A stretch of DNA of 64,000 nucleotides from Clostridia bacterium (lineage in GTDB: Bacteria > Bacillota > Clostridia > RUG12999): the NCBI GenBank assembly GCA_017467445.1, contig JAFTSG010000014.1, forward strand, positions 19,198 through 83,197, written 5' to 3'. The notes under the pieces are model-generated. The model did no database searches. It was not told the DNA's origin and saw only the letters and a list, made by a program, of their open reading frames with translations. Made by a program: the position numbers and the translations under genes. This document shows, in pieces, positions 13,041-22,481 of the stretch (within the stretch, counting starts at the first letter, position 1; every line of letters starts with the position of its first letter).

Positions 13041-13074
13041 AAAACAGACCCGCCAAAAGCGGGTCTGTTTTTTT
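13041..13074. terminator. Strong hairpin plus T-run; terminator for the ECF operon (minus) and/or an orphan plus-strand element
   Basis: aaaaCAGACCCGCcaaaaGCGGGTCTGttttttt has 7 T on the plus strand and 4 T on the minus strand. Confidence 0.6.
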
Positions 13075-13145
13075 GCCAAAAAGGCGGAAATATTTCATCC
13101 ACATTCCGTCTTTTTGATATCTTCTTATTGTTTAGTTGCACATCA

Positions 13146-15812
13146 TTATCTTTCGACTAACCCATATTTGATTTTTATTCGTTCAAGCTTATCTATCATA
13201 GGCTCAGATATCAGCCAAAGAAAAAAGGCAGTCGAAAGTGCGTGAATTAAGTCAAAAGGCATTCCCACAATGTATGCTGATAGTATCATTTCCCAAGTGA
13301 TTTTACTTTGCCACATAATGATTGATGCCGGGTTCATAATGCCACCATAGATAATAAAGGTTGCTAAGAATCCGAAGATACAAAGAGATTCTTTTGTCTT
13401 TCTTAAAAATCCCTTTTTGAAAAGTATTCCGGCAATAAAGCCAATAATTCCAAAGGCAAACATTTGCCACGGTGTCCACGGACCTTCTCCAAAGAAAAAG
13501 TTTGAAACAAATCCGGTAACTGCACCGACCAAAAATCCCGTTTCTCCGCCGAAACACACACCTGTAATGACTATAAGTGCGACAACAGGTTTAAACTGAG
13601 GAAGCATAAAAAATGCGCTTCTTCCTGCAACTGCAATGGCACATAAAACACTTATCACTATAAGCTCTCTTGCTTTTGGCTTTCTCCCTTCAAACACCAT
13701 ACAAAAAGGTATCATTGTTTCAAGGATGATGAGTAAGCTTATAAAGTAATACTTTCTGTCACCCAAGTAGAAAATACCGATATAAATTGTAAGCGGTATT
13801 AAAAGCAGTATCAAGAATGTTGCCCACAGGGTTCGTTTTGTCAGTTTTCTGTCTGACACCCGAACTTGTATTTCTTCTATTTCAATATTTCTTTGCGGCA
13901 AAAAGCAGAAACAGGCAATAGCTATATTGATTATCTGTATAATTTCAACATTAAATAAACCAAATTTCCCAATGCCAAGTATATCTGCACCTACCAAAAA
14001 GGAAATTGATATTAATACGAAAAGCAAAGCAAATATACTTCCGATTATAATTCTTGCCGGAGTCAGTTTTTTTATCTTTTCTTTTTGCGGTTTATTTTCG
14101 TTTCGGGCCTTATTTAGCTCTGTTTTGCAAACTTTTCTTTTTCTCTTTTCTACATTACCGCCGCAAGCAAGGATAATATCTTCTGTCAAAACCGCATCGG
14201 GAAGAGTGGTTCGTGCCATACGGTTTGCAGATGTAGTGTAGAAATTCTTGCCTTTGAAAAATTCTCTCGGCGTATCAACAGATGTTAACTTGCCGTCAAA
14301 TACAAGACCGCATCTGTCGGCATATTCCGCGCAAAATTCTATGTCGTGAGATACCATAAGAGTTGCTACACCGTTTATTTTCAAGTCCGTAATAATTTCC
14401 GCAAATTCTTCTTTGAAATGTGCATCCATACCTTTTGTAGGCTCGTCAAGAAGCAGTATCTCAGGCTCCATAAGGAGTATTTTAGCAAGTGCGGCTCTTT
14501 GCTGTTCACCGCCTGATAAATCGTAAGGATGGCTATCTAAAAGATTTTCAATTCTGCAAAGCACACAAATTTCTTTCAGTTTTTGTTCTTTTTCTTTCTT
14601 TGTGAGGTTCTTTTCTGATAAAATCTCCATCAAGTCAAGATAAACCGTCTTTTTAACAAATATGCTCTGCGGATTCTGCGGAAGAACACCCAAAAGTCCG
14701 TCATACAAATTCTTGATTTTAGAAATGTTTTGTCCTTTTATCGCCACACTTCCTCTGTATGGTGTGTTAATACCCGATACAAGCGAAAGTGCCGTTGTTT
14801 TACCAGTGCCGTTACCGCCGACTAAACAGAACAACTCACCTTTACCCACACTTAAATTAAATCCTTTTACTGCATCAGGCAAATTCTTTTCGTATCTGAA
14901 CCAGGCATCTTTAACTTCAATAACGGTATCTTTATTGTCTTGTATAATATCTTTAGGAATTATATCAGGATTTAAAGTGTTTTCCTTTGAATATTCTTCA
15001 AGCCACTTTCTGCCTTCTCTGACGGTTAATGGGCAAGGCAGGGAATTTTCAACGTTTCCGTGAACTTTCATAGGCGTTGGAAGCGCTTTATATATATCGT
15101 GATTTTTTGTTTTGAGAATTCTGCCAACCTCATTTGGCACTTCATCTGCAATGATTTTACCCTCATCCATAACTATAACTCTATCTGCAATCGGGAAAGC
15201 ATCTTCAAGACGATGCTCGGTAAGAATAACGGTCACTCCAAGCTCACGGTTGATTCTTTCAAGGGTTTTTAAAAATTCACCTGCGGCAATTGGGTCAAGC
15301 TGGCTTGTAGGCTCGTCAAGAATCAAGACAGACGGACCGATAGCCATAACAGATGCAAGGTTTAATAATTGTTTTTGACCGCCCGAAAGCTCTGTTACAT
15401 TTTTATAAAACCAGTTCTGTATTCCAAAGAATGATGACATTTCGGATACTCTTGCTCTTATTTCATTCTGCTTGTACCCAAGACTTTCAAGACCAAATGC
15501 AAGCTCGTGCCACACCTTATCGGTTACAATCTGATTATCAGGATTCTGCATTACAAAGCCAATACCTGATGCTTGTTCTTTGGCATCACAGTTTGCAAGG
15601 ATTTTACCGCCGAAATAAATATTTCCGCTTATCTCTCCGAATGGTGCAAGTGTTGATTTCAGCAGTCTTAAAAGAGTAGTCTTTCCGCATCCCGATTTGC
15701 CGCACAACAAAACAAACTCACCCTGATTAATCGTGAAATTTATATTTTCAAGGGCCTTATCCTTTCTGTTCGGATATCGGAAACTTAAATTTTCGACCTT
15801 GAAGCTTTCCAT
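13146..15812 (-). CDS. Fused ECF transporter polypeptide: tandem ATPases (EcfA-EcfA') plus a C-terminal S-component-like membrane domain (888 aa)
   Basis: Two Walker A motifs (GKSGCGKTT, GGNGTGKTT). Two signature/Walker B sets (LSGGQKQ..ILDEPT, LSGGEQQ..LLDEPT). The last roughly 300 aa have 7-9 TM segments with ECF S-component-like GxxxG-rich helices. SD GGGAGGTGAG precedes the ATG at 15812. Confidence 0.85.
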   Translation of the reverse strand: MESFKVENLSFRYPNRKDKALENINFTINQGEFVLLCGKSGCGKTTLLRLLKSTLAPFGEISGNIYFGGKILANCDAKEQASGIGFVMQNPDNQIVTDKVWHELAFGLESLGYKQNEIRARVSEMSSFFGIQNWFYKNVTELSGGQKQLLNLASVMAIGPSVLILDEPTSQLDPIAAGEFLKTLERINRELGVTVILTEHRLEDAFPIADRVIVMDEGKIIADEVPNEVGRILKTKNHDIYKALPTPMKVHGNVENSLPCPLTVREGRKWLEEYSKENTLNPDIIPKDIIQDNKDTVIEVKDAWFRYEKNLPDAVKGFNLSVGKGELFCLVGGNGTGKTTALSLVSGINTPYRGSVAIKGQNISKIKNLYDGLLGVLPQNPQSIFVKKTVYLDLMEILSEKNLTKKEKEQKLKEICVLCRIENLLDSHPYDLSGGEQQRAALAKILLMEPEILLLDEPTKGMDAHFKEEFAEIITDLKINGVATLMVSHDIEFCAEYADRCGLVFDGKLTSVDTPREFFKGKNFYTTSANRMARTTLPDAVLTEDIILACGGNVEKRKRKVCKTELNKARNENKPQKEKIKKLTPARIIIGSIFALLFVLISISFLVGADILGIGKFGLFNVEIIQIINIAIACFCFLPQRNIEIEEIQVRVSDRKLTKRTLWATFLILLLIPLTIYIGIFYLGDRKYYFISLLIILETMIPFCMVFEGRKPKARELIVISVLCAIAVAGRSAFFMLPQFKPVVALIVITGVCFGGETGFLVGAVTGFVSNFFFGEGPWTPWQMFAFGIIGFIAGILFKKGFLRKTKESLCIFGFLATFIIYGGIMNPASIIMWQSKITWEMILSAYIVGMPFDLIHALSTAFFLWLISEPMIDKLERIKIKYGLVER

Positions 15813-16672
15813 TTTCTCACCTCCCAAATTTCAATTATAATAGGATATACCATAAGTAGTAAGTACGACACAAATAAGCTTATACCAAACGGCGAAATGT
15901 CTGCCGCTTTCATTGAGGGAAAGTAACGAAAATACATTCCGCCCATTAAATTGCCCACAAGCGTATATATACCCAAAAGCAAAATGCAAATAAGCGCTGT
16001 TTTATCTCGCTTATCAAATGTAAATATTGAAAAAGCCGTTCTCCCCGGCATTCCATACCCACGGGATTTCATACTGTCTGCGGTTTCAATGGCATTCTCA
16101 AGTGCCCACGTTGTCATAACCCCCAATATATTAAGTCCGTTCCTTGCTCGCTTTATAATACTGCCGCTACTTATATCACGCCCCATACACCTTTGTGCGT
16201 TTAGCACTACTTTAAGCTGCGAAACAAACTTCGGTACAAAGCGGAACGTCATAGTGATTATAAGCGACATTGCGGGAAAAATTTTGCCGAACAAATAGAC
16301 AATCTTATCGCTTGTCATAATCTCATTATAACAAGAAAAATGACAAATGACGCTTATAATCATAGCTGCAGCACAAAGTCCGTAAACTATTGATTCAAGT
16401 GTAAGGGGATTTCCGTTTGGAAAATACATCAGAATGGTAACGCCCTCATGGTTAAATGCAGGATTGATAAGTGCCATCATCAAAAGCATTGGAAGCATAT
16501 ATATTAAGTTTGTTTTGACCTGCTTTTTCCCTTTCAGTATCACGGAATATATGAATCCCGACAAAAGCGAAATACCAAGACATACCGGATGCATAAAAAA
16601 GCAGGAAAACCCAATTGCAAATATAAAGTACACTAAATTTACAATCGGATGATATGTTTTAAATTCATTCAC
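15785..16672 (-). CDS. ecfT: ECF transporter transmembrane (T) component, EcfT/CbiQ family
   Basis: CbiQ-like TM layout with the conserved ALENAIETADSMKSRGY (ARG-type) helix. GTG start at 16672 after AAAGGAAA. The gene overlaps the ATPase gene by 28 nt. Confidence 0.85.
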   Translation of the reverse strand: MNEFKTYHPIVNLVYFIFAIGFSCFFMHPVCLGISLLSGFIYSVILKGKKQVKTNLIYMLPMLLMMALINPAFNHEGVTILMYFPNGNPLTLESIVYGLCAAAMIISVICHFSCYNEIMTSDKIVYLFGKIFPAMSLIITMTFRFVPKFVSQLKVVLNAQRCMGRDISSGSIIKRARNGLNILGVMTTWALENAIETADSMKSRGYGMPGRTAFSIFTFDKRDKTALICILLLGIYTLVGNLMGGMYFRYFPSMKAADISPFGISLFVSYLLLMVYPIIIEIWEVRKWKASRSKI

Positions 16673-16690
16673 AATAATTTTCCTTTCGCA

Positions 16691-16734
16691 GTAAATAAAA
16701 AAGCTGTGGTAATTTTTTAAAATTACCACAGCTG
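16691..16734 (-). terminator. Intrinsic terminator forming the expression platform of the cobalamin riboswitch
   Basis: Minus strand CAGCTGTGGTAATTttaaaaAATTACCACAGCTtttttt, about 20 nt upstream of the ecfT start. Confidence 0.8.
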
Positions 16735-16814
16735 AGTTTTTCTGTGATTAATCACAATTCAGTTGAATCACAACTGAAAACATTATCTCTATGCAAACAA
16801 GCACTTACGAGATA

Positions 16815-16995
16815 ACATCAAAGCAGGTCTTGTGACTCGCATCATATAGACAAAAAGTCTGCATTTTTATACCCTGCCTTCTCAGTTTCCCAATGACTAT
16901 CTTTCGATAACGGATACAAAAATTTCGATGCACACACCGACAGTTAATCGCAGGGGATTCTCACCCCATTCCCTTTACAGCAATTATGCCTTGCT
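16815..16995 (-). promoter_or_regulatory. Cobalamin (B12) riboswitch aptamer
   Basis: The minus strand carries AAAGGGAATGGGGTGAGAATCCCC, AACTGTCGG, CATTGGGAAACTGAGAAGGCAGGG, and a B12-box-like GCGAGTCACAAGACCTGC, in canonical order and spacing. Confidence 0.85.
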
Positions 16996-17070
16996 TATGT
17001 GCATTTACGACATAATCAACACTCTGTGTGAATGTATTGAATTAAGAAACTAACATATTCTTTGCAAAGA

Positions 17071-17099
17071 ATTATATTATATTACAAATTCTATCACAA
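17071..17099 (-). promoter_or_regulatory. Sigma-A-type promoter of the riboswitch-ECF operon
   Basis: Minus strand TTGTGA-17 nt-TATAAT. Confidence 0.5.
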
Positions 17100-17154
17100 T
17101 TTTGTAATATAATCAATACATAAAATAATTATTTTAATTTCCACAAAAACACGT

Positions 17155-17184
17155 TTGACAGAATGCAGTAAAATATGATACAAT
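17155..17184 (+). promoter_or_regulatory. Sigma-A-type promoter (extended -10) of the flavoprotein gene
   Basis: TTGACA-18 nt-TGaTACAAT. Confidence 0.55.
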
Positions 17185-17216
17185 TTTTGTGTATTTATTT
17201 TTTTAGAGGTAAGGCT

Positions 17217-18434
17217 ATGTATGACTGTATAATTATAGGTGCGGGACCTGCCGGAATGATGGCTGCTTCTGCGGCATCAGACCTTGGCAAATCCGTACTT
17301 TTGATTGAAAAAAATAAAATGGCAGGTAGGAAACTTCGCATCACCGGAAAAGGCAGATGTAACGTAACCAACGTGGCGGACTCGCAGTCGATTATGAGAA
17401 ACATAAACGAAAACGGCAGATTTCTGTTCAGTGCCCTCTCCGCATTTGATTCGGACGACACAGTAACCTTTTTTGAAAGTATTGGTGTGCCGCTTAAAAC
17501 TGAGCGCGGCGGCAGAGTTTTTCCGCAGTCGGATAAGGCGGTGGACGTTGCAGAAGCAATGTATAAAAAGGTGCTTGACGGCGGATGCAAATTTGCCTGC
17601 GGTGAAGTTTCAGAAGTTTTAACTGAAAACGGATGCATAGTCGGTGTACGTCTTAAATCAGGCAAAGAAATTACCGCAAAAAGTGTTATTATTGCAACAG
17701 GCGGACTTTCCTATCCCCTTACCGGCTCTACAGGCGACGGATACCGTATGGCAAAATCGCTCGGACACAGAATAACCCCTCCCCGCGCGGCACTTGTTCC
17801 TATTGAAACAAAGGAAAGCTGGCCTGCAGAAATGCAGGGACTTTCCCTTAAAAACGTAAAGCTCACCTTAAAATGCGAGGACAAGTCCTTATTCTCCGAC
17901 CAGGGCGAAATGTTGTTTACACATTTCGGTATTTCGGGACCGCTGTGCCTTTCCGCAAGCTGTCATATAAAAGACCTTGCAAAAGATTATGTAATTGAAA
18001 TAGATTTAAAACCCGCACTTGACGAAAAAACTCTTGACGCAAGGCTGCTTAAAGATTTTTCCAAATATATCAACCGCGATTTTATAAATGCACTTGACGA
18101 CCTTCTTCCTGCAAAAATGATTCCCGTCTTTGTTTCTCTTTCGGGAATAGACCCGCGCCAAAAAGTCAATGAAATAACGAAGCCTGCGCGTCATACCATT
18201 TGTAATCTACTTAAAAATATGCGCCTTACAGTAAAAGCCTTACGCCCCATAGACGAAGCAATAATTACCGCAGGCGGCATAAACGTTAAAGAAATAAACC
18301 CCTCCACAATGGAATCAAAGCTTGTGCCCGGACTTTATTTTGCGGGCGAGGTTATTGATGTAAGTGCCTATACGGGCGGTTATAATCTGCAGATAGCATT
18401 TTCAACAGGCTATCTTGCCGGCTGTTCGTGCTAA
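17217..18434 (+). CDS. HI0933/BaiN-like NAD(P)/FAD-dependent oxidoreductase
   Basis: Rossmann motif YDCIIIGAGPAGMMAA. The GKGRCNVTN and GGYNLQ motifs are typical of the HI0933 family. The ATG at 17217 follows GAGGTAAGG. Confidence 0.85.
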   Translation: MYDCIIIGAGPAGMMAASAASDLGKSVLLIEKNKMAGRKLRITGKGRCNVTNVADSQSIMRNINENGRFLFSALSAFDSDDTVTFFESIGVPLKTERGGRVFPQSDKAVDVAEAMYKKVLDGGCKFACGEVSEVLTENGCIVGVRLKSGKEITAKSVIIATGGLSYPLTGSTGDGYRMAKSLGHRITPPRAALVPIETKESWPAEMQGLSLKNVKLTLKCEDKSLFSDQGEMLFTHFGISGPLCLSASCHIKDLAKDYVIEIDLKPALDEKTLDARLLKDFSKYINRDFINALDDLLPAKMIPVFVSLSGIDPRQKVNEITKPARHTICNLLKNMRLTVKALRPIDEAIITAGGINVKEINPSTMESKLVPGLYFAGEVIDVSAYTGGYNLQIAFSTGYLAGCSC

Positions 18435-18543
18435 TTTTTCACAAAGTTCTCTTTTTTATTACAGTAATGTTACTTTTTCGTGATGCAAAAGGGAATGAAT
18501 CTGTTTATGTAGAATAAAGCATTAATAAGGATGTGATTTTTTA

Positions 18544-19971
18544 ATGCGCAAAATAATATCAATACTGACAGCCTTTGTTTTGTCCTTATCGCTCGTTAAT
18601 GTTTCCGCTGCAGCTGATATTTTATTATATTTGAACGATTCCGAACTTAAATGTGACGTAGCGCCTGTTATTGTGAATGACAGGGTTCTTGTTCCCGCAA
18701 GGGCACTTTTCGAACCACTTGGTGCATCACTTCAATGGAACGATACCATCAAGCAGGCTACAGTAAATCTTGACGATTTGACAATCAAACTGAAAATCGG
18801 TTCGGATGTTGCCACTGTAAACGGAGAAAAGGTCAAAATGGACTGTGCCCCGATTATTGCCGAAAGCCGCACTATGTTTCCTGTACGTTTTGTTGCAGAA
18901 AAACTCGGTTATATCGTAAAATGGGACGACAAAGAACGTGATGTCTATATTTCAACTCCGCCGAAAGAGCCGGAGAAAAACAAAATTACTTCGCTTAATA
19001 TAAGTTCAACCGCAGATATACTTACTGTTTCCGCTGTGTTTTCCGAGCCACTTTCCGACTATACAGACTACTATGTTTCAAATCCGACAAGACTTGTTTT
19101 TGAGCTTGAAGGCTGTGAATACTATGACAAAAATCTGCCTGTACGTACAAACGGCGTTTCGCAGATTCGTATGGCAAATCACGACAATTATTTCAAGCTT
19201 GTAATTGATATGGACGAGCCCCTCAAATATACGGCAACACAGTCAATAACCAAGCAAAAGCTTACAATAAGGATAACTCTGCCGAAAGCACCCGCCGTCG
19301 AGGAAGAGGAAGACGAAAAACCGAATACCGATAAGGAAGATGAGGAAATTGTTCCAAATAAGGACGCTGTCCCCATCAACGGATTTGACGGCAAACCCAT
19401 TGTTGTAATTGACCCCGGCCACGGCGGAAGTGACCCCGGTGCCATTGCCTATAATGAAGACGGCAGTATTTATGCAAACGAAAAGGATATAAATCTTGGT
19501 ATTGCAAAATATGTATACGACATCCTCAAGGACGAAGGTATAGAAGTATATATGACAAGAACCAGCGATACCGCTATGGCTCTCGGTCAGCGAACCTCAT
19601 ATGCCAACAAGCTTGGTGCAACACTCTTTGTGAGTATTCATAACAATTCACATAACGACCCGTCAACAAGCGGAATTCTGACCCTTTACAGTGCCGATAA
19701 GGACACCGCTTCCGGCGGCATACAAAGTTCCAAAGACGTTGCATGGAAAATTCAGCAACAGATGGTTCAGGCAATCGGTAAAAGCAGTCAGGGAATACGT
19801 TCCGAAGATGAGTTATATGTTCTTCGCAATACAAAAATGACTGCTGTTCTTGCAGAAGTTCTTTATATGAGCAACAGAGAGGACATTGAATATATCAAAA
19901 AAGAAAAAAATCAACTTATTGCCGCAAAAGCAATAGCTAAAGGAATTTTAAAGGCATTAGAAGAAGGTTAA
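18544..19971 (+). CDS. Secreted N-acetylmuramoyl-L-alanine amidase (copper-amine-oxidase-like N-domain, AMIN-like middle, Amidase_3 C-domain)
   Basis: Signal peptide, NDRVLVPARALFEPLGASLQWND stalk domain, an acidic linker, and VVIDPGHGGSDPGA...SIHNNS catalytic motifs. Confidence 0.88.
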   Translation: MRKIISILTAFVLSLSLVNVSAAADILLYLNDSELKCDVAPVIVNDRVLVPARALFEPLGASLQWNDTIKQATVNLDDLTIKLKIGSDVATVNGEKVKMDCAPIIAESRTMFPVRFVAEKLGYIVKWDDKERDVYISTPPKEPEKNKITSLNISSTADILTVSAVFSEPLSDYTDYYVSNPTRLVFELEGCEYYDKNLPVRTNGVSQIRMANHDNYFKLVIDMDEPLKYTATQSITKQKLTIRITLPKAPAVEEEEDEKPNTDKEDEEIVPNKDAVPINGFDGKPIVVIDPGHGGSDPGAIAYNEDGSIYANEKDINLGIAKYVYDILKDEGIEVYMTRTSDTAMALGQRTSYANKLGATLFVSIHNNSHNDPSTSGILTLYSADKDTASGGIQSSKDVAWKIQQQMVQAIGKSSQGIRSEDELYVLRNTKMTAVLAEVLYMSNREDIEYIKKEKNQLIAAKAIAKGILKALEEG

Positions 19972-19973
19972 TT

Positions 19974-20456
19974 ATGTTAAACATTGTACTTACAGAACCC
20001 GAAATACCGCAGAATACAGGTAATATAGCACGTACCTGTAGTGCAACAGGAAGCCATTTGCATATAATAAAACCGATGGGCTTTTCCGTTGATGATAAAC
20101 ATCTTAAACGTGCAGGCCTTGATTACTGGAATGAGCTTACCATAACCTACTACGAAAATCTTGACGATTTTTTTGAGAAGCATCCGGATATTTCGTTCTG
20201 GCTCTGCAGTACAAAATCTGACAGATGCTATGCAGACGTTTATTTTAAAGATGGGGATTATCTTTTCTTTGGCAAAGAAACAAAGGGGTTACCCGAAGAG
20301 CTTCTTAAAGATAACCTTGACAGATGCATCCGTATTCCGATGCGTGAAACTGCGCGTTCACTCAATCTCGCTAACTCGGTTAACATAATTTTGTATGAAG
20401 CCCTCCGTCAAACAAGGTTTGACGGACTTATTAGGACTTCAGACTATCTTAAATAG
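19974..20456 (+). CDS. trmL: tRNA (cytidine/uridine34-2'-O)-methyltransferase, SpoU/TrmL type
   Basis: MLNIVLTEPEIPQNTGNIARTC...LFFGKETKGLPEELL...PMRETARSLNLANSV is a TrmL/YibK pattern. Confidence 0.88.
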   Translation: MLNIVLTEPEIPQNTGNIARTCSATGSHLHIIKPMGFSVDDKHLKRAGLDYWNELTITYYENLDDFFEKHPDISFWLCSTKSDRCYADVYFKDGDYLFFGKETKGLPEELLKDNLDRCIRIPMRETARSLNLANSVNIILYEALRQTRFDGLIRTSDYLK

Positions 20457-20471
20457 AAAGACGATAAGTAT

Positions 20472-22469
20472 ATGAAATGTGTGGAATATAATTTTAAATA
20501 CAAACCGTATTCGCCCTCATCACCCGAGGCGCAGGCACTTGCCGCCGTCTGCAAATTAAATGCAGTTGTTGCGGCAATACTTCTTAATCGCGGTATTGAT
20601 ACGGAAGAAAAGGTCTCTTCATTTTTAAATAAAGATGCCTCTCTTCTACATGACCCTTTCCTGCTTAAAGATATGGACAGGGCGGTAAGCCGCATCAAAC
20701 GTGCCCTTCTTTGTAAAGAAAAAATAACCGTTTATGGTGACTATGATGTTGACGGCATCACTGCAACTTCTATAGTTTTTCTTTATCTTCGCGAAAAAGG
20801 TGCCCCTTGTGACTATTATATTCCTGACAGAGAAGATGAGGGCTACGGCCTTTCGGAAGAGGCTCTTCATAAAATAGCCGAATCCGGCACAAACTTAATT
20901 ATTACGGTAGATACCGGTATTACAGCTGCCGAAGAGGTAGAAACCTCCAAATCTCTCGGTATGGATATAATTGTAACAGACCATCACCTTTGCACAGGCA
21001 AGCTTCCGGATACTATAACAGTAAACCCACAGCGTCCCGACTGCACCTATCCGTTTAAATCACTTGCAGGCGTAGGTGTTGCATTCAAACTTCTTACGGC
21101 ACTTGAATCGGGAAACCATAACCTTATTTTAAACAAATTTTCAGACCTTGTTGCACTCGGTACAGTAGCCGATATGATGGAGCTTACAGGTGAAAACCGC
21201 GCTATTGTATCATCAGGGCTTGATAAAATAAATTCTAATCCAAATGCGGGGCTTGCGCTTTTAATGGAATCTGCCGGTATATCGGACAGAAAAAAGGATT
21301 CCTCCTCTATTGGATTTTCAATTGCACCGCGAATAAACGCCGCCGGCAGAATGGCAAGTCCGTATATTGCAGCGGAACTTCTTATTTCCGATAATCACGC
21401 ACGGCAGAGTGAGCTTTGTGCCGAACTTGAAACGCTTAACAATCAGCGCCGCAATACTGAAAGCAGTATTGAAAAAGCTGCCTGCGCACGTATAGATAAT
21501 AAACCTATGTATAAAGATAAAAAAATCTATGTTCTTGCCGACCCTGAATGGCAGGCAGGCGTGCTTGGTATTGCCGCATCAAAGGTTGCCGACCGATATA
21601 ACCGTCCGTGTATTCTTATGACCTGTGAGGACGGCACCGCCAAAGGAAGTGCCCGCAGTGCAGGTGATTTTAATCTTTATCAGGCAATGAAAAGCTGTGA
21701 GGATTTGTACGATAAGTTTGGCGGTCACGAGTTTGCCGCAGGACTTACTATTGCAGAAGAAAAAATCCCGGAGCTTTTCAAAAGGCTTAACGATTATGCC
21801 GATAAGCATATGGATTTAAAAAGTATGCTTCCGGTTATGAATATTGAATTTGATTTTCCGCCGGAACTGTTTACTCCGGAAACAATAAATTCACTTGAAA
21901 TTCTTGAACCTTTCGGAAATTCAAATCCGCATCCTATTTTCGCATTTAAAAATGCTTATCTTGCATCGCTTACTCCTATGGGTGAAGGTAATAAACATAT
22001 GCGTCTGCAGCTTAACTGCGGCGGTACATCCGTAACAGCAGTTGCTTTTAATAAAAGCGAGCTTTCGCATTATTTTGAACCCGGCGACACGGTTGATGTT
22101 GCAGGTACTCTTTCCGTTAACGAATGGAACGGAAGAATCTATCCCCAACTGATGCTGTCAGCGGTAAAACCGTCGGAAAAACCGCCCGCAGACCAGAAAT
22201 TTACACAGGATGAATTAAGACTTGTTTTTAAATATATCAAATCAAATCTTAATACTTCAAAATCCGCATCTCTTCATGCACGGATTATTGAAAAACAGAC
22301 CGGCATCCCCTTTGACAGGGAAAAATTTGTAAATGCCCTTGAAATATTTGTTCAGCTGCGGCTGATTACATATACATCCGAAGATGATGTAATAGGCATA
22401 TACATGCTTGAAATGGGCAGAAAAGTTAATCTTACCGATTCACCGCTTTTTCGCAAGCTTCAGGCATAG
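20472..22469 (+). CDS. recJ: Single-stranded-DNA-specific exonuclease RecJ
   Basis: DHH motifs (VYGDYDVDGITA, TVDTG, VTDHH) and a DHHA1 region. Confidence 0.93.
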   Translation: MKCVEYNFKYKPYSPSSPEAQALAAVCKLNAVVAAILLNRGIDTEEKVSSFLNKDASLLHDPFLLKDMDRAVSRIKRALLCKEKITVYGDYDVDGITATSIVFLYLREKGAPCDYYIPDREDEGYGLSEEALHKIAESGTNLIITVDTGITAAEEVETSKSLGMDIIVTDHHLCTGKLPDTITVNPQRPDCTYPFKSLAGVGVAFKLLTALESGNHNLILNKFSDLVALGTVADMMELTGENRAIVSSGLDKINSNPNAGLALLMESAGISDRKKDSSSIGFSIAPRINAAGRMASPYIAAELLISDNHARQSELCAELETLNNQRRNTESSIEKAACARIDNKPMYKDKKIYVLADPEWQAGVLGIAASKVADRYNRPCILMTCEDGTAKGSARSAGDFNLYQAMKSCEDLYDKFGGHEFAAGLTIAEEKIPELFKRLNDYADKHMDLKSMLPVMNIEFDFPPELFTPETINSLEILEPFGNSNPHPIFAFKNAYLASLTPMGEGNKHMRLQLNCGGTSVTAVAFNKSELSHYFEPGDTVDVAGTLSVNEWNGRIYPQLMLSAVKPSEKPPADQKFTQDELRLVFKYIKSNLNTSKSASLHARIIEKQTGIPFDREKFVNALEIFVQLRLITYTSEDDVIGIYMLEMGRKVNLTDSPLFRKLQA

Positions 22470-22481
22470 AAAGGAATTCAT

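Noticed and set aside
12884-13141. An 85-aa minus-strand ORF in the AEC/ECF intergenic gap.
   Set aside because: It reads straight through two stable hairpins and a terminator. It has no SD and no recognisable domain.
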